From Octopus vulgaris (Eukaryota), in contig OX597842.1 of the NCBI GenBank assembly GCA_951406725.2, forward strand, positions 33,356,001 to 33,420,000: a stretch of 64,000 nucleotides of DNA, read 5' to 3'. Positions 13,822 to 27,611 of this stretch are shown here, piece by piece (the stretch's first letter is position 1; every line of letters begins with the position of its first letter). The position numbers and the translations under genes were made by a program. The notes beneath the pieces are model-generated. The model did no database searches and was not told where the DNA came from. It saw only the letters and a program-made list of their open reading frames with translations.

Positions 13822-14820
13822 GTGATTTGAGAGAGATTTGGCTGCTATTTCTACCAGGTCTAGCTACCATGTAGAGGTCTCCTTCATTGGCTCATACATA
13901 CATATATACATAGATAAGAGAGTAGGGTGTGATTTGAGGGAGATTTGGCTACTATTTCTACCAGGTCTAGCTACCATGTAGAGGTCTCCCTCATTGTCTC
14001 ATACATACATATATACATAGATAAGAGAGTAGGGTGTGATTTGAGGGAGATTTGGCTGCTATTTCTACCAGGTCTAGCTACCATGTAGAGGTCTCCCTCA
14101 TTGGCTCATACATACATATATACATAGATAAGAGAGTAGGGTGTGATTTGAGGGAGGTTTGGCTGCTATTTCTACCAGGTCTAGCTACCATATAGAGGTC
14201 TCCCTCATTGGCTCATACATACATAAATACGTAGATAAGAGAGTAGGGTGTGATTTGAGAGAGATTTGGCTGCTATTTCTACCAGGTCTAGCTACCACGT
14301 AGAGGTCTCCCTCATTGGCTCATACATACATATATACATAGATAAGAGAGTAGGGTGTGATTTGAGGGAGATTTGGCTACTATTTCTACCAGGTCTAGCT
14401 ACCATGTAGAGGTCTCCCCCATTGGCTCATACATACATATATACATAGATAAGAGAGTAGGGTGTGATTTGAGGGAGATTTGGCTACTATTTCTACCAGG
14501 TCTAGCTACCATGTAGAGGTCTCCCTCATTGGCTCATACATACATATATACATAGATAAGAGAGTAGGGTGTGATTTGAGGGAGATTTGGCTACTATTTC
14601 TACCAGGTCTAGCTACCATGTAGAGGTCTCCCTCATTGGCTCATACATACATATATACATAGATAAGAGAGTAGGGTGTGATTTGAGGGAGATTTGGCTG
14701 CTATTTCTAGCAGGTCTAGCTACCATGTAGAGGTCTCCCTCATTGGCTCATACATACATATATACATAGATAAGAGAGTAGGGTGTGATTTGAGGGAGAT
14801 TTGGCTGCTACTTCTAGCAG
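13822..14820. repeat. 107-bp tandem repeat, about 9.3 copies
   Basis: Unit GTGATTTGAGGGAGATTTGGCTRCTATTTCTACCAGGTCTAGCTACCATGTAGAGGTCTCCCTCATTGGCTCATAC...GATAAGAGAGTAGGGT; starts at 13822, 13929, 14036 and onward. Confidence 0.95.
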
Positions 14821-15129
14821 CTCAGCCTGCCAGTATAGGTCGCTTCCATCGGTATACAGTCATTAGATTGTGGCCTTGCTGTGGCACCTGTTTCATCTAC
14901 TTCTACTGGCAGAACATTAGTAAGGAGAGACACACAAAAAAGAAAGTAGAAAGCAAGGGACCACTGTAGAGGTCAAAGAATTGTGACGAAAGAACTCTGG
15001 CCGAAATACAATTAATATGAAATAAAGGCGAAGCAAGTGAACACCAAATATACAGTGCGTGTGTTTTTATTGGCTAAAATGGCAACATGACCATCCCCAA
15101 ATAAAACTATATGTAGATAATTATTTTTT

Positions 15130-15805
<676 letters not shown>

Positions 15806-16032
15806 ATACATATACATACATATATGTACAGTACTGAAGGGAATTTAAGCTTTGGATTAGTCAACGCAGAGCAAGAAGAATAAAAGAAAGTGTGTATATA
15901 TACATTTATATATATATATATATATTTGTGTGTACATTTTATATACACACTTTTCTTGTTTTATGTTCCACACAGTCTAAATCTCTCCTTTCTTACCCTA
16001 TGTGTACCAATATGTATGTGCATGTATGTATG

Positions 16033-16072
<40 letters not shown>

Positions 16073-16201
16073 TATCTGTGTATGTATATATGTGTGTGTG
16101 TGTATGTTTATATATATATATATGTTTATGTGTGTATATATATCTATATTTCTATGTGTGTATGTTATATGACGGTATATGTATGCATATGTGTATGTAT
16201 A

Positions 16202-16235
<34 letters not shown>

Positions 16236-16236
16236 C

Positions 16237-16269
<33 letters not shown>

Positions 16270-16416
16270 CATATATACATATATATATACACACATATAT
16301 ATGGAGAGGAAGGTGAAAAGAAGAGTGTATTTTCTTGTAGAGTTTCTTGCTGTTGTGAATGTCGTTGTTGTTAAAGTATTTTACTTATATTATTATTATT
16401 ATTATTATTATTATTG

Positions 16417-16473
<57 letters not shown>

Positions 16474-16588
16474 TTTCGCTTTTCTTTCTCTTTTGTGTTT
16501 CTGTTTTTTTTTCTTTTTTCTCGACTGAAATCTCCACTAAAAGTGCGTCACACTAGTTTCTGCTCCACTGATCACGTTTTATTGGCCG

Positions 16589-16634
<46 letters not shown>

Positions 16635-17189
16635 ATATATATTCCTTTCTTTCCTTCTTCCTTTCCTTCGTTTCTCTTTCTTTCTTTCTGCTTAGCCGTC
16701 TCTCACCTCCAGCTTTACCACCACCACCACCACCGACACCACCACCACCACTCACCGATCCGCTGACCCCTTCCCCTTCCAACATCCCCCGAATCAACAG
16801 CCTCTTCAGCCCCACATGCAACCACCACCCCCACCAAAAAAAAAATAATAATAATAATAATAACACAGAGCCACCCAGCTATCTATCCGTCGAACTCACT
16901 CCACATACAAACAACACTGTTGTAACCACCCAACCGCCGTCCCAATCGCCGGACGCCCCCGCTGCCCACAGCCGCCGAAAGCACCGAACCACACCCCCAC
17001 AACCCCCCTCCACCGTTTACTGAAGCCAACACCACTACAGCGACACCACAACAACCATAACGACAACTGACACTCATCACCATCGTGTTCTCAAAGTCTT
17101 AATTTTGCCACAGCTAGTTTACACACACAAATGCGGTGCTCCAGCGTGGCCGCAGTCAAATGGCTGAAACAGGTTAAAGAATTATATAT

Positions 17190-17402
17190 ATACTCTTTTA
17201 CTTGTTTCAGTCGTTTGACTGCGGCCATGCTGGAGCACCGCCTTTTAGTCGAGCAACTCGACCCCGGGACTTATTCTTTGTAAGCCCACCACTTATTCTA
17301 TCGGTCTCTTTTGCCGAACCGCTAAGTGACGGGGACGTAAACACACCAGCATCGGTTGTCAAGCAATGCTAGGGGGACAAACACAGACACACAAACATAT
17401 AT

Positions 17403-17444
<42 letters not shown>

Positions 17445-17558
17445 GACGGGTTTCTTTCAGTTTCCATCTACCAAATCTACTCACAAGGCATTGGTCGACC
17501 CGAGGCTATAGTAGAAGACACTTGCCCAAGGTGCTACGCAGTGGGACTGAACCCGGAA

Positions 17559-17598
<40 letters not shown>

Positions 17599-17762
17599 GA
17601 CTGGCTTCTTTCAGTTTCCGTCTACCAAATCCATTCACAAGGTTTTGGCCGACTCGAGACTATGGTAGAAAACACTAGGCCAAGGTGCCACGCAGTGGGA
17701 CTGAACTTGAAACCATGTGATTTGGTAAGCAAGCTACTTACCACACACCCAAGTCAGCGCCT
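17190..17762 (-). mobile_element. Dominant SINE with duplicated head
   Basis: Same diagnostic motifs in reverse complement; two 5' halves separated by (TA)n. Confidence 0.85.
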
Positions 17763-17835
17763 ATATATATGTGTGTATGTGTGTGTAAGCATGTATACGC
17801 ACATGCATATGCGTGTCTTTTCGTGTATTTGTATG

Positions 17836-17910
<75 letters not shown>

Positions 17911-17922
17911 ATTTTTTGTATA

Positions 17923-17967
<45 letters not shown>

Positions 17968-17972
17968 TTGTT

Positions 17973-18020
<48 letters not shown>

Positions 18021-18323
18021 ATATGTATATGTATGTTTGTATGTATATACGGGTGCGTATATATTGGCGTGTGTTGTGTGCAAGTGTGGACTGCGGCTGT
18101 TAAACTGTGAATAGTAAAACGCAAACCGCCTAGAAACGTTAGCTTGTGTTTAGAGACTAGCTAAGCGGAACCAGCGTCACGGGTGGTGGTCGTGGTAAGG
18201 TTGGAGGTGGTTTGGTGTGAATACACAAACTGGGCGCCGGTGACATTGACACCACCGCCGCGTCGAACAGACACGCACAAACGTATATTCGGGTAGGCTG
18301 GTCTATTTATGTGTATATCAATG

Positions 18324-18360
<37 letters not shown>

Positions 18361-18505
18361 GTGTGTGTGTGTGTATGCATGTATGTATATATTTATACGC
18401 GTACACATACATTTCAATTAACATGAACAAGGAGAGTTTCTATGAAGCATTTAAACGGACGCTGGCTGGAATACAAACCAGCCGGCATAAACATTAACTA
18501 AAAAC

Positions 18506-18590
<85 letters not shown>

Positions 18591-18685
18591 TGTGTGGTTG
18601 AAATTTACAGAAAAACAAAAGACGAAGACAGGTGTATAAACATGAAGCAGGTATATTAGTTTGTCTCTCGGGAAGGTGAGAAAGT

Positions 18686-18722
18686 CATTTAGGTTTCGAG
18701 CCTACGCTCTTCATCAGAAAGG
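18686..18722 (-). ncRNA. Minimal hammerhead-like motif, canonical core but mutated cleavage triplet
   Basis: Minus: CCTTT-CTGATGA-A-GAGC GTAG GCTC-GAAAC CTA-AATG. The host fragment (about 18598-18790) is homologous to the 12 kb and 46 kb copies. Confidence 0.65.
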
Positions 18723-19015
18723 AACACAGAAATAAACAGAGCGAGAATAAAGAAAGCTCTTTTAGAGTTAGCGGTCAATCATGGTACGTGTGTATGTATA
18801 TGTGCATATATGTATACGTATGTATATATATTTGTGTGTATATATATATACAGGTCGACTTTGCCTTTCGTCAATTAGATATCGATAAATTAAGAGCAAG
18901 TGAAATATTCGGGGGAGGGAGGGGCCGATGTAATCGACTAGTCAGTCCCTTTCCACCAAATTTCAGACCTTGTCCCTTTACTAAAAAGAATTATTAATAT
19001 TATTACTATTATTAT

Positions 19016-19530
19016 TGAGTGAGCGAGCAGAGCATGCCATCAAAGTGACACTGGGTTAAAATATACGAAGCCCAGTATACACATCATGACTACCCGTCTG
19101 ATAAGGGTACACCAGGCACATGCATCACAACCATATGTGCGCGACATGGTGATCTCATATCAAGATAAACAGCACATGACCTCGCAGGTGGAGCCCAGTT
19201 AGAATTTTCTTCAGATCGAGTAACCCATCCCGCTCAAAAGGTCCCTGAATAAGGGTTGTTTAAGGACGTTGAACGAAACACCCATGTTTCCAGAGGTGAA
19301 TTATTCAAACCCCAAAGAATCCTTCTCAACACATGGCTATGATGCTCCCCCACTACTTCTGCTCGTGATCAGAGATGCACGTATCGTCAGCCACTAAGGG
19401 ACATGCTCAACTGGTTACGGTCAAACAACTGACAAGCAAATCTGTGGTATTGAGCAGAATATTTGCTGTGCCCATCTTTTATACCAAGACAAAACAACGT
19501 ACATGAATTTGTGGTATTGAGCAGAATATT
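19016..19530 (-). repeat. Unclassified ~510-bp interspersed repeat whose end abuts (AAT)n; partial opposite-strand copy at about 32530-32805
   Basis: Shared ATATGAGATCACCATGTCGCGCACATATGG...GTGCCTGGTGTACCCTTATCAGACG; both copies end in CTCACT followed by an AAT-rich repeat. The strand shown is the one ending in (AAT)n. Confidence 0.75.
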
Positions 19531-19748
19531 TGCTGCTATTATTATTATTATTATTCTATGTTTGACTTTTGCTTTATATTTGTACAAGTTGGCTCCAAGT
19601 CTCACCCAGAGACCTCAAGAGACAACAGGGTTGGAAGTTCATGTTGTTGTTATGCCTAGTGTGCCATATATTTGGGGGGTGCGGTGTTGTACTAATGAAT
19701 GTCTAAAAAAAAAAGTGGGTTTTTTTTTTAAACCGAAAATTATGTTTG

Positions 19749-19804
<56 letters not shown>

Positions 19805-20164
19805 CATTATTATTATTGCGTCGATCAATCAGAATCGTGAACCCATTATTGTTCTTGCTGGCGTTGCTGTCAACATTGTTAGTAATATGTATTTTTGTTA
19901 TTGGGAATTAAAACAAGTTCACACACACATACATCTACGCAGATAGGAATCGATAAACGTAGAGCAGTTGCACTAATTAGAATATACAGATATATATATT
20001 TCTTTACTAATTAGAATATATAGGTATATAGGCATAGGTGTGGATGTGTGGTAAGTAGCTTGCTTACTAACCACATGGTTCCGTGTTCATTCCCACTGCG
20101 TGGCACCTTGGGCACACTAGCAACGGTTGTGAAGCAATGTGGGGTGGCTGGGTGGGGACAAACA

Positions 20165-20235
<71 letters not shown>

Positions 20236-20397
20236 GACGAGCTTCTTTCAGTTTCTGCCTACCAAATTCACTCTCAAGGTTTTGGTCGGCCCAAGGCTAT
20301 AGTAGAAGACACTTGCCCAAGGTGCCACACAGTGGAACTGAACCCGGAACCTTGAAGTTGGGAAGCGAGTTTCTCACCCCACAGCCATTCCTGCGCC

Positions 20398-20454
<57 letters not shown>

Positions 20455-21953
20455 TACCAGTAGAGGTGATTATAAGACCGGAATTTTAATTTAATTTAAA
20501 AAGTAACGCTATCACCTTCCGCTAAAAAGCAACGCACGAAACTTGTAGAATTACTTCACTTTCAAAGCGTCCCAAATGATGTTCTGTTTGTGAAATTGCA
20601 GCGACTAAGATACATCATTGCATACATGCAGAGCAATGTGCAGTTGCTGCATCATTATCATTGTTATACATGGTGTAGAGAACCTTTTAATAAAAAGTTT
20701 TGGGTGTGCATAGATGGCCACTATCTTCTTGGTTTTTCAATTCTATACGTATGTATGTATTGTATTTATATATAATCTTTTATCTATATGTTTTGTTTAT
20801 ATATGGGTAATGTATATATATACACGTTTGATAAAGGCATGAGCATTATATATGGTGTATATTTATATGTATAGAATCAACATAAATTCATCGTCAACAG
20901 AAACAAAACATAAAATACAGCAACAATAAAGTAACAAAAACATATAGATAACAATAAGAATGACAAAATAAATGTTAAACAAACAAAAAATAATAATTAA
21001 TCCAAATTTAAATAATTACAAACAAATTGGCCGACATTTATGTTAATTTGCATTGTTTTCTCTAAATATGTTCCCATACCGGTTTCAACTCATTTCCTTG
21101 AATTTCCCCATTTTTTCAGAAACACGTTTTCCCCCGTAAAATTTTCCATCATTTACCCCCATGTTTTACAAACAATTTTGCCTTGGTTTAATCCTTTTCC
21201 ATCATTCTTTCCTCACCCCCATTTTCAAAACCAACTTTTCTTCATTTTCCTCGTATTGTCAGAAACAACTCCCGCATACACATTTGCTCCTGTCTTCCCC
21301 CCATTTTAAAAAATAAATTTTCCTTGTTCCCTTTTTTTATAATTTCTATTTTGTAGCAAAAGATTTGTTTGCATTTTTCCTTTCTACTCAACATTTTCAA
21401 ATATATATTTCCCTCGTTCGCTTACAATTTTGCCCCACTTTTTAAACAAAACATTTTTTGCTTACATATATTCATTCATTCTTAATTTTCTTTTTTTTCA
21501 TTCCTCCACCGAAAACGAAAAATAAATTTCCTTCGTTATCTTTCCCTAAAATTTACCCCAGTTTTTAAACAAACTTCCTACTTTACATTTATCATTTCTT
21601 CCCCTACTGATAAAAATAAATTTTCCCCGTTCACTTTTCGTACAATTTTACCCCAATTTTTAAACAAAACCAATTCATTCATTCTATTTTTTATTATTTT
21701 TTTTCATCCCTCCACCGAAAATAAAAAATAAATTTCAATCGTTCTCTTTCCCTAAAATTTACCCTATATTTTAACAAAACTTCCTAATAACATTTTTCAT
21801 TTCTTCCCCCACTGATAAAAATAAATTTCCCCCGTTAACTTTTCGTACAACTTTCCCCCATTTTTAGCAACAATTTTTGATTACATTTATACATATATAT
21901 ACATTTCATTATTTTTTTCTTTCATTTTTTTATCCTTTTTTACAAATACTCAC

Positions 21954-22170
21954 CCTTTTTACTCGCCACGCTTGCAGTCGGGTTCGGCTGCGCTGCGTAA
22001 CTTGTAGGTGCACTAAGCCCAGCCATAGACGCGTTGGGGGCGTACCACGGATTAGGCCTGGGCCATGCCTGACCGTTCAATAAGCCCAATTTGTCGTACA
22101 TAGTCCCTTGACCAATCACCTTTTGGTTTTCGCTCGCAAGATTACGTAAAACTCGATTTATTGAGGATAC
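21954..22170 (-). CDS. Pax6: Pax6 exon encoding end of paired domain plus linker (217 nt); not in ORF track
   Basis: ttctctgtag|GTA TCC TCA ATA AAT CGA... = [72 protein letters not shown]+G|gtgagt. Continues [15 protein letters not shown] in phase 0, contains the conserved Pax6 linker motif MYDKL and ends in phase 1. Confidence 0.96.
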
Positions 22171-22239
22171 CTACAGAGAAAGAAAGAGTAATACAAATTA
22201 GAAAGAAAGGCATATGTGTGTGTGTGTGTGTTTGTTTAT

Positions 22240-22630
22240 AGGAGGCTGTACTGGAAAGTTCCCGGCTTTAAAGATATCCCGAATGATCTGGTTGCAGGCC
22301 CAACCGTCCGAGATTTTGTTTACAAGGCTCAGAAAACATGAAGGAAACTGCAATAAGTGTGTGAATCTGAAAGGGGAATATGTTGAATAAAATCATAATT
22401 AACTGGTGCTCCTGTATTTTCTTTTACCCAAACCCATGAACTTTTACTTTGATTCAGAAGTGATCACTGCTACAGTGGCCTGGTTGCAGGCCCAAATTTC
22501 TGAGTTCTTTTTACAAGGTTTAGAAAAACTTAAGGACCGCTGCAATAAGTGTGTGAATCTGAGAGGGGAATATGCTGAATAAAATCATAATTAATTGATC
22601 CTCCGCTATTTTCTTTCGCCCAAAACCAGA
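22240..22630 (+). mobile_element. Mariner-derived remnants: internally deleted copy (22240-22448) plus transposase C-terminal fragment (22448-22582)
   Basis: 22448-22582 translates FDSEVITATVAWLQAQISEFFLQGLEKLKDRCNKCVNLRGEYAE*, like mariner C-termini (FFxxGIxKLxxRWxKCVxxxGxYVE). The first copy has degenerate TIR-like ends (GAAAGTTCCCGGCTTT...AAACCCATGAACTTTT). Confidence 0.8.
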
Positions 22631-23086
22631 GACAAAATAAATTCCGCTTGCTTCTTGACAAAACGAAGGTAGGTTTCCTTGTAGAACGAAACTCATACAG
22701 AAAACTTGCAGTAAAAATAGCTCAGCCATCTTGCAACACCTAATATGGCAGCCGAGAAAGAGAGAGAGAGAAAGTGACAAAAGTATTGTACAAGCTTTTG
22801 TCAGTTAAATCCAATGATGGGCAGATAACTCAGTAACATTTCATTTGTTGATTTGCTTTGTATTTTATGAAATAATATGGCCATGGGTGTCCAGGTAGAG
22901 GCAAAGATGGGAGTAAATGAGAACAGTCAGAGTGAGCGTGAGACGACTAGAATCCGACAAAGTGAGACAGTCATAATATAATATATACATGTATATGTGT
23001 GTATGTGTGCAAATGTGACCTCGTGTGTACCGTTGGCGATTTTTTTTTCCTCTGTCTTCCCTTCTCTGGATCTTTCCTTCTCCTAT

Positions 23087-23121
23087 GTTTCCGACGAAGA
23101 GCTCCGCTCGAAACGTTAAAC
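23087..23121 (+). ncRNA. Minimal hammerhead-like motif with CCGACGA core in PLE-like fragment (about 23015-23212)
   Basis: GTTT-CCGACGA-A-GAGC TCC GCTC-GAAAC GTT-AAAC. Helix I GTTT/AAAC, helix II GAGC/GCTC, palindromic AACGTT helix III. The fragment ends in (TA)n. Confidence 0.65.
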
Positions 23122-23208
23122 CCTCCTTCATTCCTGAGCATCCAATAATACTATATTTGTTCCATGTCCTCGCGTTGTTGTGTTTTTTTTGTGCTTTCTT
23201 GTTTGGAT

Positions 23209-23257
<49 letters not shown>

Positions 23258-23607
23258 TATACGTATATACATATATATGTATACATATGTACTTACGTAT
23301 ATATATATATATATATATATACATATATATACATATCTATATACATATATATATACATACATATACGTATATATATTCGTATATATATATATATATATAT
23401 ATATATGCATACATACATACACACATATGTATACATACATATACACATACATACATATATATATATATACATACATATACGTATACATATATATATACAT
23501 ACATATACGTATATATATATATATACATACATATACGTATATATATATACTTACATATACGTATATATATATATATATATATACATACATATACGTATAT
23601 ATATATA

Positions 23608-23656
<49 letters not shown>

Positions 23657-24403
23657 GTATATATATGCATACATACACAAACATATGTATACATATATAC
23701 ACATACATACATATATGCATATATAATTAGAGAAATATTTTTTTATAAAAAGCAAATGGCTATTCAAAAAACGCTTCTTTTATTTCTCAATGTCACTAAC
23801 CTTTGCGAAAGACGTTTCATTATATTTTGAATGTATTTCGTGAGTAAGCGCTTTCTGTTTTCAACTTTTGAAAAACACAAGCGTTACACACATTGGCCCT
23901 CAACGCTTGTTTACACACAAAATACAATAGATATAGAATACATATTATATACAGACTTCTTCCATAAAGGTTATTGACATTCTGTTTCTCAAAAACAAAA
24001 TACAATTGCTAAATATTTAACAGCTAAACTTTTTTCAATTTATTGTAACTGTTTCAATTAATTTTGGCAAAAGTTTAAAGGATAAGGACCCACTTAGGTT
24101 AGGAAGACCATGCGATTGCATTTAGAATGTTCCCCTCTGAACCACAAGCCCAAACAAGGTTGTTTATGGAAGACCAGCAATCGCATCTACATAGGGTAAA
24201 TGGTAAAGACACCCTTCTTCTATGAATGGCCAGGGGCCTGCACGTAGAATGTTCCTTAATATTTGATATTCAATATTTCATCTAATCAATAAGACAATCA
24301 ATACTTCATTTCATTATACTATATATACTAATTTATACTATACATTAATATTATAAAGAATATAAATAAAACATAAAAAATAGAGTTGGAATTCCTTTCA
24401 ATA

Positions 24404-24437
<34 letters not shown>

Positions 24438-24439
24438 CC

Positions 24440-24857
<418 letters not shown>

Positions 24858-24920
24858 CCCGGGTTGATTCGGGGTTAACCACAGTAAATAAGGTACTCAA
24901 TACATAGCAGAGTAAAATTA

Positions 24921-25180
<260 letters not shown>

Positions 25181-25322
25181 ATGAGAAAAGGTGAGTTCAA
25201 AAAGAACAATTCAAACTTTTGGGGCATCGAAAAAAAGGGAGAAAAGAGGATTTCTAATAAAGATTCATCATAATCAGGAAAAATCAGTCAAACCAGGTAA
25301 TAAGAATATGAAAAGAATAGTT

Positions 25323-25523
25323 GAGGAGATTCGTTATAGGTATAAGAATATACCATAAACAGGTAAAAAATAAAATGGAGAGAAGATATTGAAACCGAAA
25401 TAGATTTATTATAAAACTCCATTGAATCAGGTTTTATAATAAATCTATTTCTGTTTCAACATTTTCCCTCCATTTTTTTTAATACTCGTTTCTGGTATAT
25501 TCTTATACCTAAAACGAATCTAC

Positions 25524-25525
<2 letters not shown>
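25323..25525. repeat. Imperfect ~95-bp-arm inverted repeat
   Basis: GAGATTCGTTATAGGTATAAGAATATACCA...GAAATAGATTTATTATAAAAC, 13-nt loop, GTTTTATAATAAATCTATTTC...TGGTATATTCTTATACCTAAAACGAATCTACTC, followed by (TA)n. Confidence 0.75.
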
Positions 25526-25572
<47 letters not shown>

Positions 25573-25641
25573 GGAGTAAACACATAAATGTGAAACAAGG
25601 TGGAAAAAAGAGTACTCAAATACCAGTGGTAGAGTAATATG

Positions 25642-25797
25642 CTTTATTTAAAGCAGCAGAAAATTCAACAAAATCTGTTACTCTGAGTTTCTCGTTGCCG
25701 TTCATCAGACAGTTTTTCTAGCAAAAACTGTCAGATGAACGGCAACGAGAAACTCAGAGTAACAGATTTTGTTGAATTTTGTGCTGCTTTAAATAAA

Positions 25798-25798
<1 letters not shown>
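25642..25798. mobile_element. Fold-back (inverted pLTR-like) element carrying the hammerhead motif
   Basis: 76-nt arms (25642-25717 and 25723-25798), two mismatches, CTAGC loop. An extra ~70-nt unpaired extension lies on the left, with (TA)n on both flanks. Confidence 0.75.
25670..25717 (-). ncRNA. Minimal type-I hammerhead ribozyme motif (Penelope-like element type), Pax6-sense strand
   Basis: Minus strand: AAAAACTGT-CTGATGA-ACG GCAA CGA-GAAAC TCAGA GTA-ACAGATTTT. Canonical CUGAUGA and GAAA cores, helix I CTGT/ACAG (extendable), short helix II with GNRA loop, quasi-palindromic helix III ACTC-A-GAGT, GUA cleavage triplet. Confidence 0.75.
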
Positions 25799-25846
<48 letters not shown>

Positions 25847-25927
25847 CATGCATACATACATACATACATGCATATCTGATCTTAAATTATTGGGTCTAGT
25901 GCGAGGCAAAAACAGAAATACAACTTG

Positions 25928-26090
25928 GGCGCAGGCGTGGCTGTGTGTGTAAGAAGCTTGCTTCCAAACGACATGGTTCCAGGTTCAGTCCCACTGCATG
26001 GCACCTTGGTCAAGCCTCTTTTACAGTAGCCTCAGGCCTACCAAAGCTTTGTGAGTGGATTTGATAGACAGAAACCGAAAGAAGCCCATC

Positions 26091-26149
<59 letters not shown>

Positions 26150-26387
26150 TGTATGTATGTGTGTGTGTGTGTGTGTCTGTGTTTGTCCCCCCAACATCGC
26201 TTGACAACAGATGTTGGTGTGTTTACGTCCCCGTAACTTAGCGGTTCGGCAAAAAAGACCGATAGAATAAGTACTAGGCTTACAAAGAATAAGTCCTGGG
26301 GGGCGATTTGCTTGATCGGCTCAAGGCGGTGCTCCAGCATGGCCACAGTCAAATGACTGAAACAAGTAAAAGAGAGTAAAAGAGTAA
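25928..26387 (+). mobile_element. Full-length copy of the dominant tRNA-derived SINE (probably one of the octopus OK/OR families)
   Basis: A-box TGGCTGTGTG, B-box GGTTCAGTCCC, ACCTTGG(G)CAAG, internal (TA)n/(TG)n, 3' GGCGGTGCTCCAGCATGGCC...GAAACAAG and (TAAAAGAG)n tail. Family name is from recall, not verified. Confidence 0.9.
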
Positions 26388-26511
26388 GTCTTCAAGTCGA
26401 TTTGTTCAACTAAAACCCTTCAAGGGGATGCTCCAGCGTGGCCGCAATCAAGTTATTGAAACAAGTAAAAGAGTAAAAGGATAAAAGGATATATAAATAA
26501 ATCTGACTTAC

Positions 26512-26858
26512 GCTGGGTATATTGTCCTGGGTACATACTCCTTCAGAAAGTAGCCGGTCTCTGATCTCCCAGGCAAATATCGACGGACATTCCCGTTTGA
26601 ACTGTGCAATTTTTTGTACCACCTCGGGGGTAGCCACCCGTGGCTTGCTCCCTCCGATCGCGCGCGGTCTTATGGACCCTGTCTCATAATATCGCCCTAG
26701 TATTTTGCTCACACAACCATTGGAGACTTGAAGAATTCTGGAGATGTCACACGGTCGGGCACCGCTGTGTGCCAATTCTACGATTCTTTGGCGTGTGCTG
26801 TCGGGTAGCGGCCGTCCATTTACAAAAACTCCACCCAGCTGGTTAACTCCGCTATGCC
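26512..26858 (-). CDS. Pax6: Pax6 paired-domain exon (347 nt)
   Basis: Minus strand reads ...gatgcag|GG CAT AGC GGA GTT AAC CAG... = (G)[115 protein letters not shown]|gtaagt. Pax6-diagnostic paired-domain residues I42/Q44/N47 (RILQVSNG) are present. Canonical AG acceptor (26860-26859, phase 1) and GTAAGT donor (26511, phase 0). An in-frame TGA lies just upstream of the acceptor. Confidence 0.98.
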
Positions 26859-27256
26859 CTGCATCATCAGTAGAGGCAAATCAGTGATGAGAAACGCAGG
26901 ACCGAAGAGAAGAAAAAGAGAAAAAGAAGAAAATAGAATATAAATACATATAAATACATATAAATAGCTTTAATTACGTAAATCTATCAACGTTAATTAC
27001 TACATATATCTGCATAAATTTAGCTATTATCTATATTTTCTCTGTGTGTGCAGATTAAATGATATATTCAACATGATGAGGATCTAACTAGAGTTGAAAC
27101 CAGTAAGATAGTGATAGATAGATTTTTTTCCGTCCATGGAAAGAAAGGTATGAGAGAGAGATTATCACTACTGAATTATGAATTTATTAGATGAGTTCGA
27201 TTTAATTTCTCATAAATTAATATTTATAGAAATCGTCTGACGAAAATCATTTTAGT

Positions 27257-27292
<36 letters not shown>

Positions 27293-27611
27293 TAGTATAA
27301 ATAGGAATATTTAAGCTGTTTCTCTTTAGTCTGAAAAATGATGAACAAATTTAATCGATTTTCATATCTTATTAGACCCTCATCAGAGGTGTCTGTAACA
27401 ATTTGACCAAGCCCAGAGAAACAAGTCATCAATCTGTTCCCATACACACACACGGACACACACAGACACACGCTTCTTTTTATGTTCACTTATAATAAAA
27501 AGAATTTTATATTAATCTGATCAGGTACTCTATAAATTTGTTTTGGTCAAATTATTCTTATACAAAAATATTGTTGACAGTGACATCGAAGTCTCGGTTA
27601 GTTAAGCCATC

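Noticed and set aside
26410-26775. ORF-track version of Pax6 starting MAHSG and ending ...LEHPLEGF
   Set aside because: The start is an internal TTG (Leu) and the tail after NIPS is intron/SINE read-through. The real exon is 26858-26512.
27071-27110. Hammerhead-like ATGATGA...GAAACCAGTA near the paired exon
   Set aside because: The core is mutated and helices I and II pair poorly, so it is not distinguishable from chance.
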